64,000 bases of DNA from Octopus vulgaris (Eukaryota): the NCBI GenBank assembly GCA_951406725.2, contig OX597821.1, positions 95,480,001 through 95,544,000 on the forward strand. Direction: 5' to 3'. Shown here one piece after another: positions 41,054 to 53,347 of the stretch. Numbering within the stretch: position 1 is the stretch's first letter; each line of letters opens with the position of its first letter. Made by a program: the position numbers and the translations under genes. The notes beneath the pieces are model-generated. The model was not told the DNA's origin. It did no database searches and saw nothing but the letters and a program-made list of their open reading frames with translations.

Positions 41054-41327
41054 CTAGAGAGGAAGAAAATTAATAATACAGATAAATACGTTGTTTACTG
41101 AAGAGAAACTTATTAATGGGATCAACAATAGAGTCTTTCCAGTGAAGAGCCTATTGTATTTTGTAACAATCTGTATAAATAGTAATTAAAAAATCCAGAT
41201 TTTTAATCTAGAGTTAACAGGATTGAAGATCATTTACTTTCTTCAATATATGGATGTCTGGGTTTCAATCCTGAGCAGTATCATAATAAAATCTATCATT
41301 TCCTCTTCACTGTCATATATGTATATA

Positions 41328-41360
<33 letters not shown>

Positions 41361-41363
<3 letters not shown>

Positions 41364-41760
41364 ATAATAATTATTATTTGAGGGAATAAAATCCAAACTT
41401 ACAAGGAAAAAAATTCAATTTAGAAATAGTAAATCAAATTTCACCCAATATAATCTATATATAAAAAAATTAAAAAAAAACCACCTTTTATCAATTCAAA
41501 ATGAATTAAATTACACCATCTAGAAAATTACATATAATAGAAATATTAAAATTAAAATAACAAATGTCAATGATTAAGTAAATTGCAAAAAAATAATAAA
41601 AACGTATATAATTGGTCTATATACATTTTTATTATTCTTTTTGCAATTTACTTAATCATTGATATTTTATTGTTATTTTAATTTTAATATTTCTATTATA
41701 TGTAATTTTCTAGATGGTGTAATTTAATTGTTCATTTTGAATTGATAAAAGGTGTTTTTC

Positions 41761-41775
<15 letters not shown>
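41361..41775. mobile_element. AT-rich fold-back insertion in (TA)n; family members at ~59958-60270 and truncated ~45921-45990
   Basis: ~150-bp inverted arms around loop 41611-41617 plus a unique terminal segment ttattatttgagggaataaaatccaaacttaca shared by all three copies. Confidence 0.75.
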
Positions 41776-41819
<44 letters not shown>

Positions 41820-43739
41820 GTATGTATATGTCTGTATCCATGTATATACCACACATCATGGGTACATGAATGAATTATTCAATGTACACACACATTGCTG
41901 TGTGAGTTATGTAGGAAACCATTGCTCATCATGTCCTACACCATCACATATATTCTATAATCAGAATGAAAAGTAAGTCTGACCAAAAGACTGATCTCAG
42001 ATTAATTACAGAAACTTGTTCCTGCTGCATTATCCAGCCCATTGGCCAAAATGGAACTCATAGACACAAGCTAATGGAACAATTGCTTGTTGGTGGTTGA
42101 AGAACTGTATAATTTTAGAAAGTTCTCACTGCAACCAACTCTCAACTGACAATACATTCCATTACACCTTTTTTTTATAGCTGTATGGGTAGGTTCTGTT
42201 TCAAGTCATCTTGACTGCAGATACAGGACAGTGCCAGTGAAGAGATATGATCTGCCAACCTTATCAATTCAGCCATCTGAGACCACAAGGCCTCCAACTA
42301 GCAACTTACAAAGAAAGACCAAAGTTAAAAATTTTCAACTGTGTGAATATTTTCGCACAACAAATACAAATGGACAAAAGTTCTCAATAATACAACAGTG
42401 TTTCTAATTTAGGCACAAGGCCAGTAACTGTGAAAGGGGGAGGGGTAATTGATTACATCAACACTAGTATTTGACCAGTATTTTATACAATTGACCCTGG
42501 ACAAATAAAAGGCTAAGCTGACCTTGGCAGGATTTCAACTGAGAATGTAAAAAGTCAGAAGAAATACTGCAAAGTATTTATTCTGATGCTCTAACAATTC
42601 TGCCAACTTTCCATCATCATCATCAATAATAATAATAATGATTTATAATGCAGGTCCAAGATTACACATATTGAGAGAGGAAATAATTGATTAAGCCAAT
42701 TCTACTATTTTACTGGTACAAGAAAACATTAACGGCAAAGTTAATCTCTATAGGAATTGATAATAATAGTAATAATAATAATTTTATCCTAATTTGGCTC
42801 CCAGGCTAGCAATTTTGATGGGAAGGAGTGATTCAATTTCATCAACTACAGTACTTGATTTGTGCTTTACTATATTGATTCCATAAGGATGAAATGCAAA
42901 GCAGACCTCAGTGGAATTTGAGTTCAGAATGCAAAGAGCTGGACATGCTAAGTATTTTGTTCAGCACGCTAACAAGTCTGCCAGCTCACTGCTTTATAAT
43001 GATAATAATAATTCCTAAGTTTGGGTGCAATTTTTGTAGAGGGGTGTGGTCATAATTATTTTTATTGACTCCTACTACTTATTTTAACTACCCCAGAAAC
43101 TTGAACTCAATACTATAAGGTATTTCATGTGATGTTCTATAAATTCTGCCACCTATTTCTCGAATAAAAACAATAATAATAATCATCATCATCATCATCA
43201 CAGCATCTACCAGTAAAATTATGAAACAATGCCTATGGATGCAATGTTTGGTTCTATTTTGAAAATCATTGACAAAAAATTCATTTTTGTTTTTAAATTT
43301 TATCTGTCACAGCCAGTTCATAACTACCTGTTCATGCTACTATCAAACTTATTGTTTGCTTTTATTTCATTTTAGAAAAACTGTTTTTATCATTCATTTT
43401 TTACCATGCTAGAAAATATTTGTCACATGTGTAATTTGGCAGCAACCGTTTTTAGCCAGATACCAATACTTATACTCCTACTTCTAAGGACCGAACAATG
43501 TAACAGAGAAGTGAAGCCTGTTCACCAAACAGAAAAACAAGCAAGAGTTTTGCTGGAGTTTATATCCATGTAACACAAGACCTTGTTTTATGATGGTAGG
43601 CGTTAGTTTTTCTTCTTTTTTTTTTTCTAAATGCTGTTCACTGTGTTATAAGCATATGGAACATGCAAATCATGCAACTTACTGTCAAGTTTAAAGTGCT
43701 ACAGCGCACACTGAACTATTTATTGTAGAGCTGCTAAAC

Positions 43740-44338
43740 ATTTTGATAGAACCTTCTCTAACAATACTGTAAAACTATCTCTTAGATCCTTTCAAAACCC
43801 ATTAACATTTCTATAGAAACGCTTCTAACATTCTCATAGAAACACCCTGAACATTCAATCAGAACCCTTCTAACATTGCTCTAAAATCCCTAATAATCCT
43901 AGAGACTCCCCACCACCACCACCAACAACATACACAACATTGTTATAGAAGCCAGAATTATCCCTAAAGAATCCCTTACAACATTTCTACAAAACTCCCT
44001 CTAACCTACAGAACCACTACTAGCATTTCTATACAACCACCTCTAACAATCCAATGGAATTGCCTCTAAAATTGCTAAACAACCCTCTCTAGTATTCAAG
44101 TAGAACCTCCTCTAAATCCTTACAGAACTTACTCTAACATCCATTTGGAATCCCCATAACATTCCTATAGAACTCCCTCAAACATATAAATATACAAACT
44201 GTCCGACGAACGGGAACGTGAAACTCCGAGTAACAGCTTTTGTTATATTTGTGCTGCTTTTAAATAAAGCATATTACTCTACCTCTGGTATTTGAGTACT
44301 CTTTTTTCCACCTTGTCTCACATTTATGTGCTTACTCC

Positions 44339-44385
<47 letters not shown>

Positions 44386-44510
44386 CCCTCTAACAACCAT
44401 TTAGAACCTCTTAGAACATGCCTATAAAACCCATATACCATTCTGTATAGAACTCCACCCTAACATTCCTGTAGAACTGCCTCTAACATTAATTTAGAAT
44501 CCTTCAACAA
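43740..44510. repeat. Degenerate ~22-25-bp tandem repeat (tagaa.c..ctctaaca..) interrupted by the 44180-44380 insertion
   Basis: Recurrent tagaa/ctctaac motifs. Confidence 0.6.
44199..44236 (+). ncRNA. Minimal type I hammerhead-ribozyme-like motif (U4C core) in a Penelope-like pLTR fragment (~44180-44380)
   Basis: CUGU-CCGACGA-ACG ggaa CGU-GAAA-CUC c GAG-UA-ACAG; all three stems pair. Confidence 0.65.
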
Positions 44511-46573
44511 CCACACCAGTCTATAGTAAGGTTGCCAATAGAGAATCTATCTTTCCATTGTATATGTTCAGTGAATACATTTTCAGTATTTGAGTAATAT
44601 CTGCATTTAAATTAGTGCAATACCAGCATAGCATGCAAAATACTTAAATAACAATCAGAACAGATTAATTTAATTACATTAATAAATTTAAAATTTATAA
44701 TGATAGAAACATAGGCACAAGGCCATATATTTTGGAAAAGAGGATACAGTTGATAAATGAACAATAAAGTTGATCAAATAGAGAAAAAAAATGAAAAACA
44801 AAAAAGGATTTGCCATTGTCACATGGTATGATCATGTGATATTTATGAATTCATTTTATGTAATATGTAGGTATCCAAATTCAATGTCTAAAAACATTAA
44901 CTATTTAGCTAAAATATACCATGGTTCAACATCTAATCTTGAACTTGATTCAGTAGACATGCTGTCAGAACAACAAGCAGAGGGTCAAAGATTTGTACCT
45001 CATCAGCTTCATGATACTAAGCTGAAAGCCAGAAGAGTTATTAGCCTCTATGGCCCAGTCCATCTAGCTGGCAAACGGGATACCACAAAGAGGCATAGCT
45101 CATTGGCTTGCAGGAATTAATTCAGTTCTCTCCTTGGATTCGAGTTTAATAAAAATGAGTGACCATATGTATATCCAGTCTGAATCACTGCTGCAACCAA
45201 CACATCACAGTAAACTCAAATATAAGTTAATTTAACCCTTTAGCAATTAAACCAGCCATATCCAGCCAAAATATTCTACCTGTTTTACTTTCAAACTGGC
45301 CACATCCAGCCTCTTACACTAACTCTACAACTCTACAATGTCATACTATAAATAAACAATTACATTGTAGAAATCTCAAAACTGTGAGACAATGCATGAC
45401 AAACTCAAAACATTGTGAATAAATAAGCATCACAATTAACAGAGTAATCTAACTCCTAAAGGGTTAAAGAACTGTTTATTGGAAAATAGTAAAGGAAACA
45501 GAACCCCACTGTCCCCTAAAAGAAACAAAAGCCCTTACATCATTGAGAAATTTTTTGAATTAAAATTTATTAATGCTGATATGTGGATTTAAGTCGTTTT
45601 TTTTTCTCTGTTTCTTCAGCTCAGTGACGGCTTTTATCACTCTTGTTTTATATTATAATAAAAATAAAGTGGATATATTACAGCAGATGGACCAAAGAAG
45701 CAGCATTTGGTTACATCCATTAGTATTTTGGGTTAAGATCTTGCCCAAGTCTACTTCTGTCTTTCATCTTTTGAATGTGAATAGACTAAGCATTGGGTGG
45801 GTGGGGGTTAATATAATTGACTATGCACTAAAACAAGTGGTACACCAACATGGTCAAAATCCAATGACTGAAAATGCAATAAAAGATCTCTCCCTCTCTC
45901 TCTCTCTCTATATATATATATAATTATTATTATTTGAGGGAATATAAATCCAAACTTACAGGGGAAAAAATTCAATTTAGAAATACTATATATATATATC
46001 GAGAGAGAGAGAGAGAGAGCAAGTGTGAGTATAAAATGTGCATGTTAGTTGAAAGAGCTAGTGCTGAAAAGAAGAATTAGTGAGAAGTGTGATTATATTT
46101 GAGTCTGGAGGTGAAACACAGGTGGGAAATGAAGAAAAAGGGAAGTGATGAGATATATGCTTTGGTCAGTGCACACTTGGCAAGTTCAAAGGAGCAGAGA
46201 ACATAGTAGTAGTGGTAGAAAAAAAGTAGAGAGAGGACACAAGTCAGCAGTGATTAAAAGAGTAATGTTTCAATGAATGAACATTTGTCTTTAACAAGAA
46301 AGAGAAATAAGTCCTAAATGTCCAGTGGTTATGAGGAGGCAATACCAATAAGTCAATGAATTCTGCTGTTTTTCTAACATTAACAACAGTGCTGTCTACA
46401 GTGAGCAAGATTTCCCCGAAGCAAAGCAGCATCGGTGATGGTTACAATGCCACCACCACCAATAACAAAAACCACAAATACAACAACAACACCAACACCA
46501 CCACCACCAATAACAACACCAACAATAACTAGAATATGCAAGGGTGACATGAGCACAGCATGAATCTCCTCAC

Positions 46574-46681
46574 CTCCCAGTACGGGGGATAGAGTAGTGA
46601 GAGAGGTCTTCCTTGGTTCAGCAGCTGGAACGCTAGGGGATACCACCTCAACACCTTTCTCACTTGGCCTCTTGTCCTGCT
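46574..46681 (-). CDS. ARFGEF1: BIG linker exon: (E)QDKRPSEKGVEVVSPSVPAAEPRKTSLTTLSPVLG
   Basis: tag| and |gtgagg, 108 nt, phase 1-1, open, GC-richer than flanks, phase-compatible with both neighbours; no conserved motif. Confidence 0.7.
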
Positions 46682-47003
46682 CTATCGGCAAAAAAATAAA
46701 ATGGATTGGAGTGGAAAAAAAATATATGAACACAGGAATGAATAAATACATATACATATATATATAGGAGGACAATTTATCTTACCATGCTTAATAATAA
46801 AGAGAGAGAGAAGAGAAGAGAGAGAGAAAGAGAGAGATGCAAGAATAGACAAACAAAGTAGCAAAGATGGATAGGCAGAAAGAGAAATTAAGGATTAATG
46901 GACAAAGACAAAACGGTAGCAAATACAAATACAGAAAAGCAGAGATACACATATAAACAAAGGTAAGGATAAACAGATAGAAAGTTATAAATAGATATAT
47001 AAG

Positions 47004-47313
47004 TATGGATGGAGACAATTGCAGCGTGGAAGGTGTTTGTAAGCCATTTAAGAAACACACAAAAGCCGTTCGATTCACTTCAACATTTAAGTTTAATTTG
47101 TCAAAATATTTTCGTCGCTAAAATCCGTGACCTGTTCACTGACAAAAATATTTTGACAAACTAAACTTAAATGTTGAAGTGAATCGAACGGCTTTTGTGT
47201 GTTTCTTAAATGGCTTACAAACACCTTCCACGCTGCAATTGTTTTCGTTCCAGCACACGATCTCAGATCAAATCACTTGCTATGTGAGTACATCTCCGTA
47301 ATATGGATGGAGA
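47004..47313. mobile_element. Fold-back Penelope-like insertion with 98-bp arms, a tail and a 12-bp direct repeat
   Basis: Arms 47015-47112 and 47145-47242 differ at one position; tatggatggaga at 47004 and 47302. Confidence 0.75.
47097..47146 (-). ncRNA. Hammerhead-like motif with swapped G3-C8 core
   Basis: UUUGUCA-GUGAACA-g-GUCaC ggauuuua GcGAC-GAAA-AUAU-UU-UGACAAA. Confidence 0.5.
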
Positions 47314-48786
47314 GACAGACAGAGGGATAAGCACAGAGTGAAAAGAACAAAAAGACATTAGGTGATAGAGGAAAAGAGTTAAAATGAAAAAATTATAAAA
47401 TAAACATAAGAAATGGAGAGTAAAAATAACAAAGCAAAAGAAAAAAAGTTTAAAAGAAAAGAAGAAAAACAAAATGAAAAGTTTTGTTTTGATGAAATAA
47501 ACTGGTGTTTATGTTAGTGGTGAATGTCAATACTTAGTAAGACACATTAAAGGTGCCAGGAAGGAAATTCAGCCATAAAACAAAAGCCTCATACAACTCA
47601 TGTCAACAAAGAAAAGCAAACAGAAACAATGATGATAATGACACAAACACTAAAGACTATTTAAAACTACATTTTGGCTGCAGTGAATTGAGACATTGCA
47701 AGTGCGGGATGTTAAACTGTCTTCAGATTTTAACAGTAGCGGGGGAAAAAAGACCTGTTGGTCAGATCTGCTATATCACTTATCTGTATACTTTCTCAGC
47801 TGAGCTACAAAACTCAGCATCCTGATACTTTCTTCCTCACTCTTTATATCTTTCTTGATCTTCTGCAGCAGCAGCATGTGCCTTCTGCCATCAGCACATG
47901 CCACATCTTTTATCTAATACTCATCATATGTCGATCCTTATAACAGTGTAACTGTCTCTTCTGCACATACTGGCTGATATCTTTAGCACCTAGCTGCTAT
48001 TCCCTTTGCTCACAGTTCACCTTCGATGTAAATTAATATGACACATCCAACAGATTATGCTCACTTTCTCTTTTGACTCTGCATTCAGTACCTGAGCCTA
48101 GTCAGTTACCATGTAGCATCACACATTTTATATGTAGAAAAACAGATAAACCTTTATTGCCAACAGAAATATCTGAGAGACATATACCTCTGAACGTGGC
48201 CGATGCCAGCACTGCCTTGACTGGCTTCTGTGCCGGTGGCACGTAAAAAGCACCATCCGAACGTGGCCAATGCCAGCGCCGCCATGACTGGCTTCTGTGC
48301 CGGTGGCACGTTAAAAGCACCAACCGATCGTGGCTGCTGCCAGACTCCCCTGGCACCTGTGCCAGTGGCACGTAAAAAGCACCCACTACACACACGGAGT
48401 GGTTGGCGTCAGGAAGGGCATCCAGCTGTAGAAACACTGCCAGATCATACTGGAGCCTGGTGCAGCCACCTGGCTTCCCAGACCCCGGTTGAACCGTCCA
48501 ACCCGTGCTAGCACGGAAACGGACGTTAAATGATGATGATGATGATCTATATACATCTGCGAAGAGAGTTTCTATTTATAGGCTCAATTTCTCCAAAAAT
48601 CCCCACTCCCTGAAATTTGTGAAAGCATGTTGAAAAGACTGAAAGTGTACAGAAGTTCCCTTCCTTTTAAGTAGGAACTACATGAAACAGCAAGTGGACC
48701 TTCATAAAGTTTCTTCATCTAAATTTCCTTGCTCTCCATAAAATAAAACGAAAAGGCTCAATGAGGAATCTTCTATATAAATTCTT

Positions 48787-49400
48787 CATCATCATTATCT
48801 TCGTTTAGCGTCCGCTTTCCATGCTAGCATGGGTTGGACAGTTCAACTGGTGTCTGGGAAGCCAGAAGGCTGCACCAGGCCCAGACTGATCTGGCAATAT
48901 TTCTACGGCTGGATGCCCTTCCTAACGCCAACCACTCCGTGAGTGTAGTGGGTGCTTTTTACGTGCCACTGGCACAGGTGCCAGATGAGGTCTTCACAAG
49001 TAGAGTTTTGTGTCCCAAGAAGGAAAGGTATGCATAAGTGGACTGGCTACATCCCATGTAGCGGCCACGGGTTATGGTCTCACTTGTCCTGCCGGGTCTT
49101 CTCACGCACAGCATACTACCAAAGGTCTCGGTCTCTAGTCATTTCCTCAGTGAGACAAAGTTTGAAGGTCATGCTTCACCACCTTGTTCCAGGTTTTCCT
49201 GGGTCTGCCTCTTCCACAGGTTCCCTCAACCGCTAGGGTGTGGCACTTTTTCACACAACTATCTTCGTCCATTCTCGCCACATGACCATACCAGTGCAAA
49301 CGTCTCTCTTGCGCACCACAACTGATGCTTCTTAGGTCCAGCTTTTCTCTCAAGGTACTTACACTGTTGAGTATGAACACTGACATTACACATCCATCGG
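48787..49400 (-). mobile_element. RTE-group LINE 3' portion (ORF2 end, 3'UTR, (GAT)n tail). The 3'UTR is the commonest repeat here, e.g. 1955-2101, 3535-3775, 4582-4900, 10235-10476, 11280-11610, 14870-15200, 20063-20409, 21180-21596, 23187-23540, 28790-29082, 38960-39150, 40615-40825, 48194-48545, 56288-56610, 61980-62120
   Basis: RRLHWYGHVARMDEDSCVKKC...GRGRPRKTW peptide runs on into the aggaagggcatccagc...catgctagcatgg...(gat)n repeat. Confidence 0.85.
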
Positions 49401-51559
49401 AGCATCTTGGTCTACTCAAATCTAGTAGCCCAAATATAACTTCACACAAATCTTACTACTTCTTAAGATAGGCTGCTCTTTAAAACCAAAATTGCAACAA
49501 GAGCCAAAATACTGACAGACACTGATATACTATACATTTTATATCCATATAAGTAAGGATGCTGGACCTGTAGGATCTTCTCAGGTATTTTGACTAGTTA
49601 CCCACCTTCATAGCATACATGTGTTCAAGCAAAACTAACCAAGAAGTCAACACTTCAATAACAATCATAAAGAGTACAACATCAAAATAGGAGCTTGTAT
49701 GTAATTGTGCAATCTGCAATAAATAGCTAAGAGTTCCTGAAATCACAATCTACTATTTTGTAAACAGACATGCCTTGGATAGTGTAACCCTATGTATAGA
49801 AAAATTGGACTGACCAAAGCATTTGCATAATTAGGGCCGACTTGGAGCTAAACACAGCTGGCCTTTGAAAGTTCCGTTTCCAGGACTAATAAAAACTACT
49901 TAGCTAAATAGCTATGTATGCGGTTGGTCAGATTGACAAGGGTATCAGACAACCATCATGAGTGATCAGTGCTTTGCAGGCTGTCAATAGCGCTACTGAG
50001 AATATGGTCAAGACAGTTAATTGTGAAATGTCCCAGTCTATTCTGATGCAAGTTTAACCCTTTAGTATTTAAACCGGCCATATCCGGCCAAAATAGTTAA
50101 TCTGTTTTATGTTCAAACTGACCAGATCCAGGCCCTCACACCTACTCTACAATGTTATTCTACATTAGGTAATTACACCATCAAGATCTTGAAGATATGA
50201 GATAATGCATGATTAATTCAAATCAATGTGAATCAATAGGCATTATGTTTGATACAATAATCTGAACACTAAAGGGTTAAGATACTGCTGTCTACTGTAT
50301 TGACCACATGATCATAAATCTTTACACACTGCTATATATCTGAACAAGGTACTTAATTCTGCTTGTTCTAGTTTCCCTGACAGAATAAAACAAGTTTCAT
50401 ACTCATTCACAGTTAGGTAGATACCAGCTAAGAAAGGGTACCAGCCAGATACAAAAACAGATGAGCCAAATAATATATCAACACACTTATCTGTGCAGGG
50501 AAGAAAATTTCAAGGAAAAACACAAAAATTAAATATTAAATGACTCTTGTGATTCTCCATTTTAAAGTTGCAGTTACCTACATAAGATCTTAACTGCAAC
50601 ATCAAGCAGGTTAATCAACTATATAGAAAAACTCACTGATGACTTTTATGGGCTCTCCTTTCTAAGACTACAGGGAGCTTATTGAAGATTTTAATGTAAC
50701 ATTTATTAAACTGAGCTTTTATACTAAAGCAGAAAAATGGATTCAACTGAACTCTTTCATGACTTTCATCAAAGACTGCCAACTTTAATTGGTATCTAAA
50801 AATAACAGGAACTTGGTGAGCTGTGGCTGAGTTCCATTTGAGTGTTGGGCCTCACAGAGGATGGCTGGCTGAGTTTCTTTTGAGCAGCTCTCACAGAAGC
50901 GAGGTGCTTGAGTTACTTTTGAGCATTGGACCTCATGGAGGCAAAGTGGCCGAGTTCCTTTTGAGTGTTGGGACTCACAGAGCCAATGACCAAGATCTTT
51001 TGCATTATGTCATGCTTGAGAAGACCTATCACACTGAGCAAAATTGCAGTCGTGGCAGATACCAGTGTCACGCAAATGGCATCTGTGCCAGTGGTATGTA
51101 AAAGCACCCATTACACTTTCTGAGTGGTCGGCATTAGGAAGGGCCTCCAGCCCTAGAAAACCATGCCAAATCAGACTGGAGTTTGGCGCAGCCTTCCAGC
51201 ATGCCAGCCCAGTCAAACTGTCCAACCCATGCCAACATGGACAACAGACATTAAATGAAGATGATAATTAAACTGGTGTTTGGAATACAACTTAATGCAA
51301 AAATAAAACTGTGATGGAAATTTTTCAATTAGTATTCAAGTAACAACAGAGTTTTGGCTGAGATTTTAATTAGAAAAGGAACACTTTGGGTGAGAAAGTA
51401 TCATTGCACCATGGAAAGACTGTGATGAGTTGATATTGTATTATAGAGAGGTAAACATTCCTGGCTGAGCTGGTAGGTAACATGATCTCAAGGACAGAGA
51501 AATAAATAAATGAGAAGTTAGGAAACTGGTAATGAAAGATGGGTTAGAAACAAGCTTAC

Positions 51560-51649
51560 CTCCTGTAACTTTATCCAGAATGTCATTCAGTATAGCTTCA
51601 GCTATTACCTTACCATTTTCTTCTATTTTCTCACTCTTTTCTGTTTCAT
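51560..51649 (-). CDS. ARFGEF1: BIG linker exon: (Y)ETEKSEKIEENGKVIAEAILNDILDKVTG
   Basis: tttttaag| and |gtaagc, 90 nt, phase 1-1; amphipathic helix like that in the BIG DCB-HUS linker. Confidence 0.8.
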
Positions 51650-53316
51650 CTTAAAAATAGAAAGAAAACACCATTGATCAGCAAATTAGAATTCAAGGCT
51701 ATATTCACATGTGCACACAGATATATTTATTAGTAATAGATGAGTATAGGTTGCACAATGAAGAAATTATATATCATAAGCACCAGTTTAAATCAGAAAT
51801 GAGAAACAGGTTCCCTGGCAGGACTCAATGTATCTATGTTCAGTGTGGTTTCTTTGGCCAGATGTCCATCTTATCATCAACCTCTCTAAAGAGTGTACCA
51901 AATACATTTTCTTGTGGCACTAGAACTAAAGAGGTTTGTAAATACTTGACAAAACAAGACTAAAGGGATCTCACAGCACTACACTTTCTTCACTGGTTTG
52001 CAATTCATTTTACAAAAAGGACTGGGTGTATTTTTCAAGGCATCAGCATTAGGGATGTCGTAAAGTCCTTGACAAGATTGGACTAAGGATCATCTCAACC
52101 CCACCTCTGCTCACTCACCGATTCCTCTAGAGAATATGTAGAAAGGAGCTTTCAATCATGACACAACCACTGGTGGATGGGGTGTTTATATACTGTAAGT
52201 ATATAATAGCCTAAAACATGTACTTATGCTCAGGAAATGTTACTGAGGAGGAGTTTGAACAACAGAAAGCCAGAACGGGAGGGAAAAAGCAGCAAAAGTC
52301 GGACAGCAGGGACAGAGATGTTGGAATAGAAATGAGAAGGGTGAGATAGGCAATGACAGTGATGGTCACAGCAAATGTAGGCGATAGGTGACAAATATAT
52401 TACATTTTTCTTGCTATGACCACATCTACTATATATGGGTGTGTGTGTGTATTTATACATATATAAGAGGTTAATTGGCAAAATCATAAGGACCAGATAT
52501 CATGCTTTGTAGCATTTGTCTTAGTTCTCAACACCCTGAGATCAAATACTGCAATGATCAACTTTGTTTTTCTTCCTTTCCAGGTCAAATAATAATGTAC
52601 CAATCAAATACTAGGAGCAATTCTTCCTATTCTCCTTCTCTCTCTCTCTTACATACACACTTGCTTCTTGAAAGAAACGGAGTATGTTCAAACCTAAGGC
52701 AGTGCTCTGCAACTGGTATGTCATTGTAACCTGAATATAATTTTTTTCCCTATACTTTTAGTTATATTTTTAGTTCAGGTGTGTTGCCGAATTTTGAAAA
52801 GAATATAAGTGTACCACAAATGAAAAAAAGTTGTGGAGCAGTAACCTAGAAAAGGATGGTCCCCTGCAGGTTAAAATGTCCAATACATGCCAGATGTCAT
52901 GATGGTACCCCTATGAGGTATAGGTGGGACTACAGGGAAGAATGTTAAGGCAGGAGAGCAGAGAGAAGAATGTGTATATGTGTGAATGTGCATGATATAT
53001 CATCATCATCCTCATTTAAATGCATGCAATAGTCCATACTTCCGTGAGTTAGAGGGGAATTTTGAGGCAGATTTTCTATAGCCAAGCACCACCTAGTTAT
53101 AAATTTTAAACAAGATAATATTTCTGCTAGTCCTTTGAACAGGTACAACAAAATAGTCAGACATGTTTTCATGGAAGATTGCAAGTGAACAACACTTATA
53201 TAGTGACATTTGTATACAGTTTGTGCATGATGTCAAGATAAGGAGACATGAATACACACATTTATGCGTGAATCCCCCCCAGGATTGTGCAAATAGCCTC
53301 TGAATATGAAAATGGT

Positions 53317-53347
<31 letters not shown>

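Noticed and set aside
42310-42338. Possible 29-nt exon (cag ... gtaagt)
   Set aside because: It would break the frame between phase-compatible neighbours and has no coding signal.
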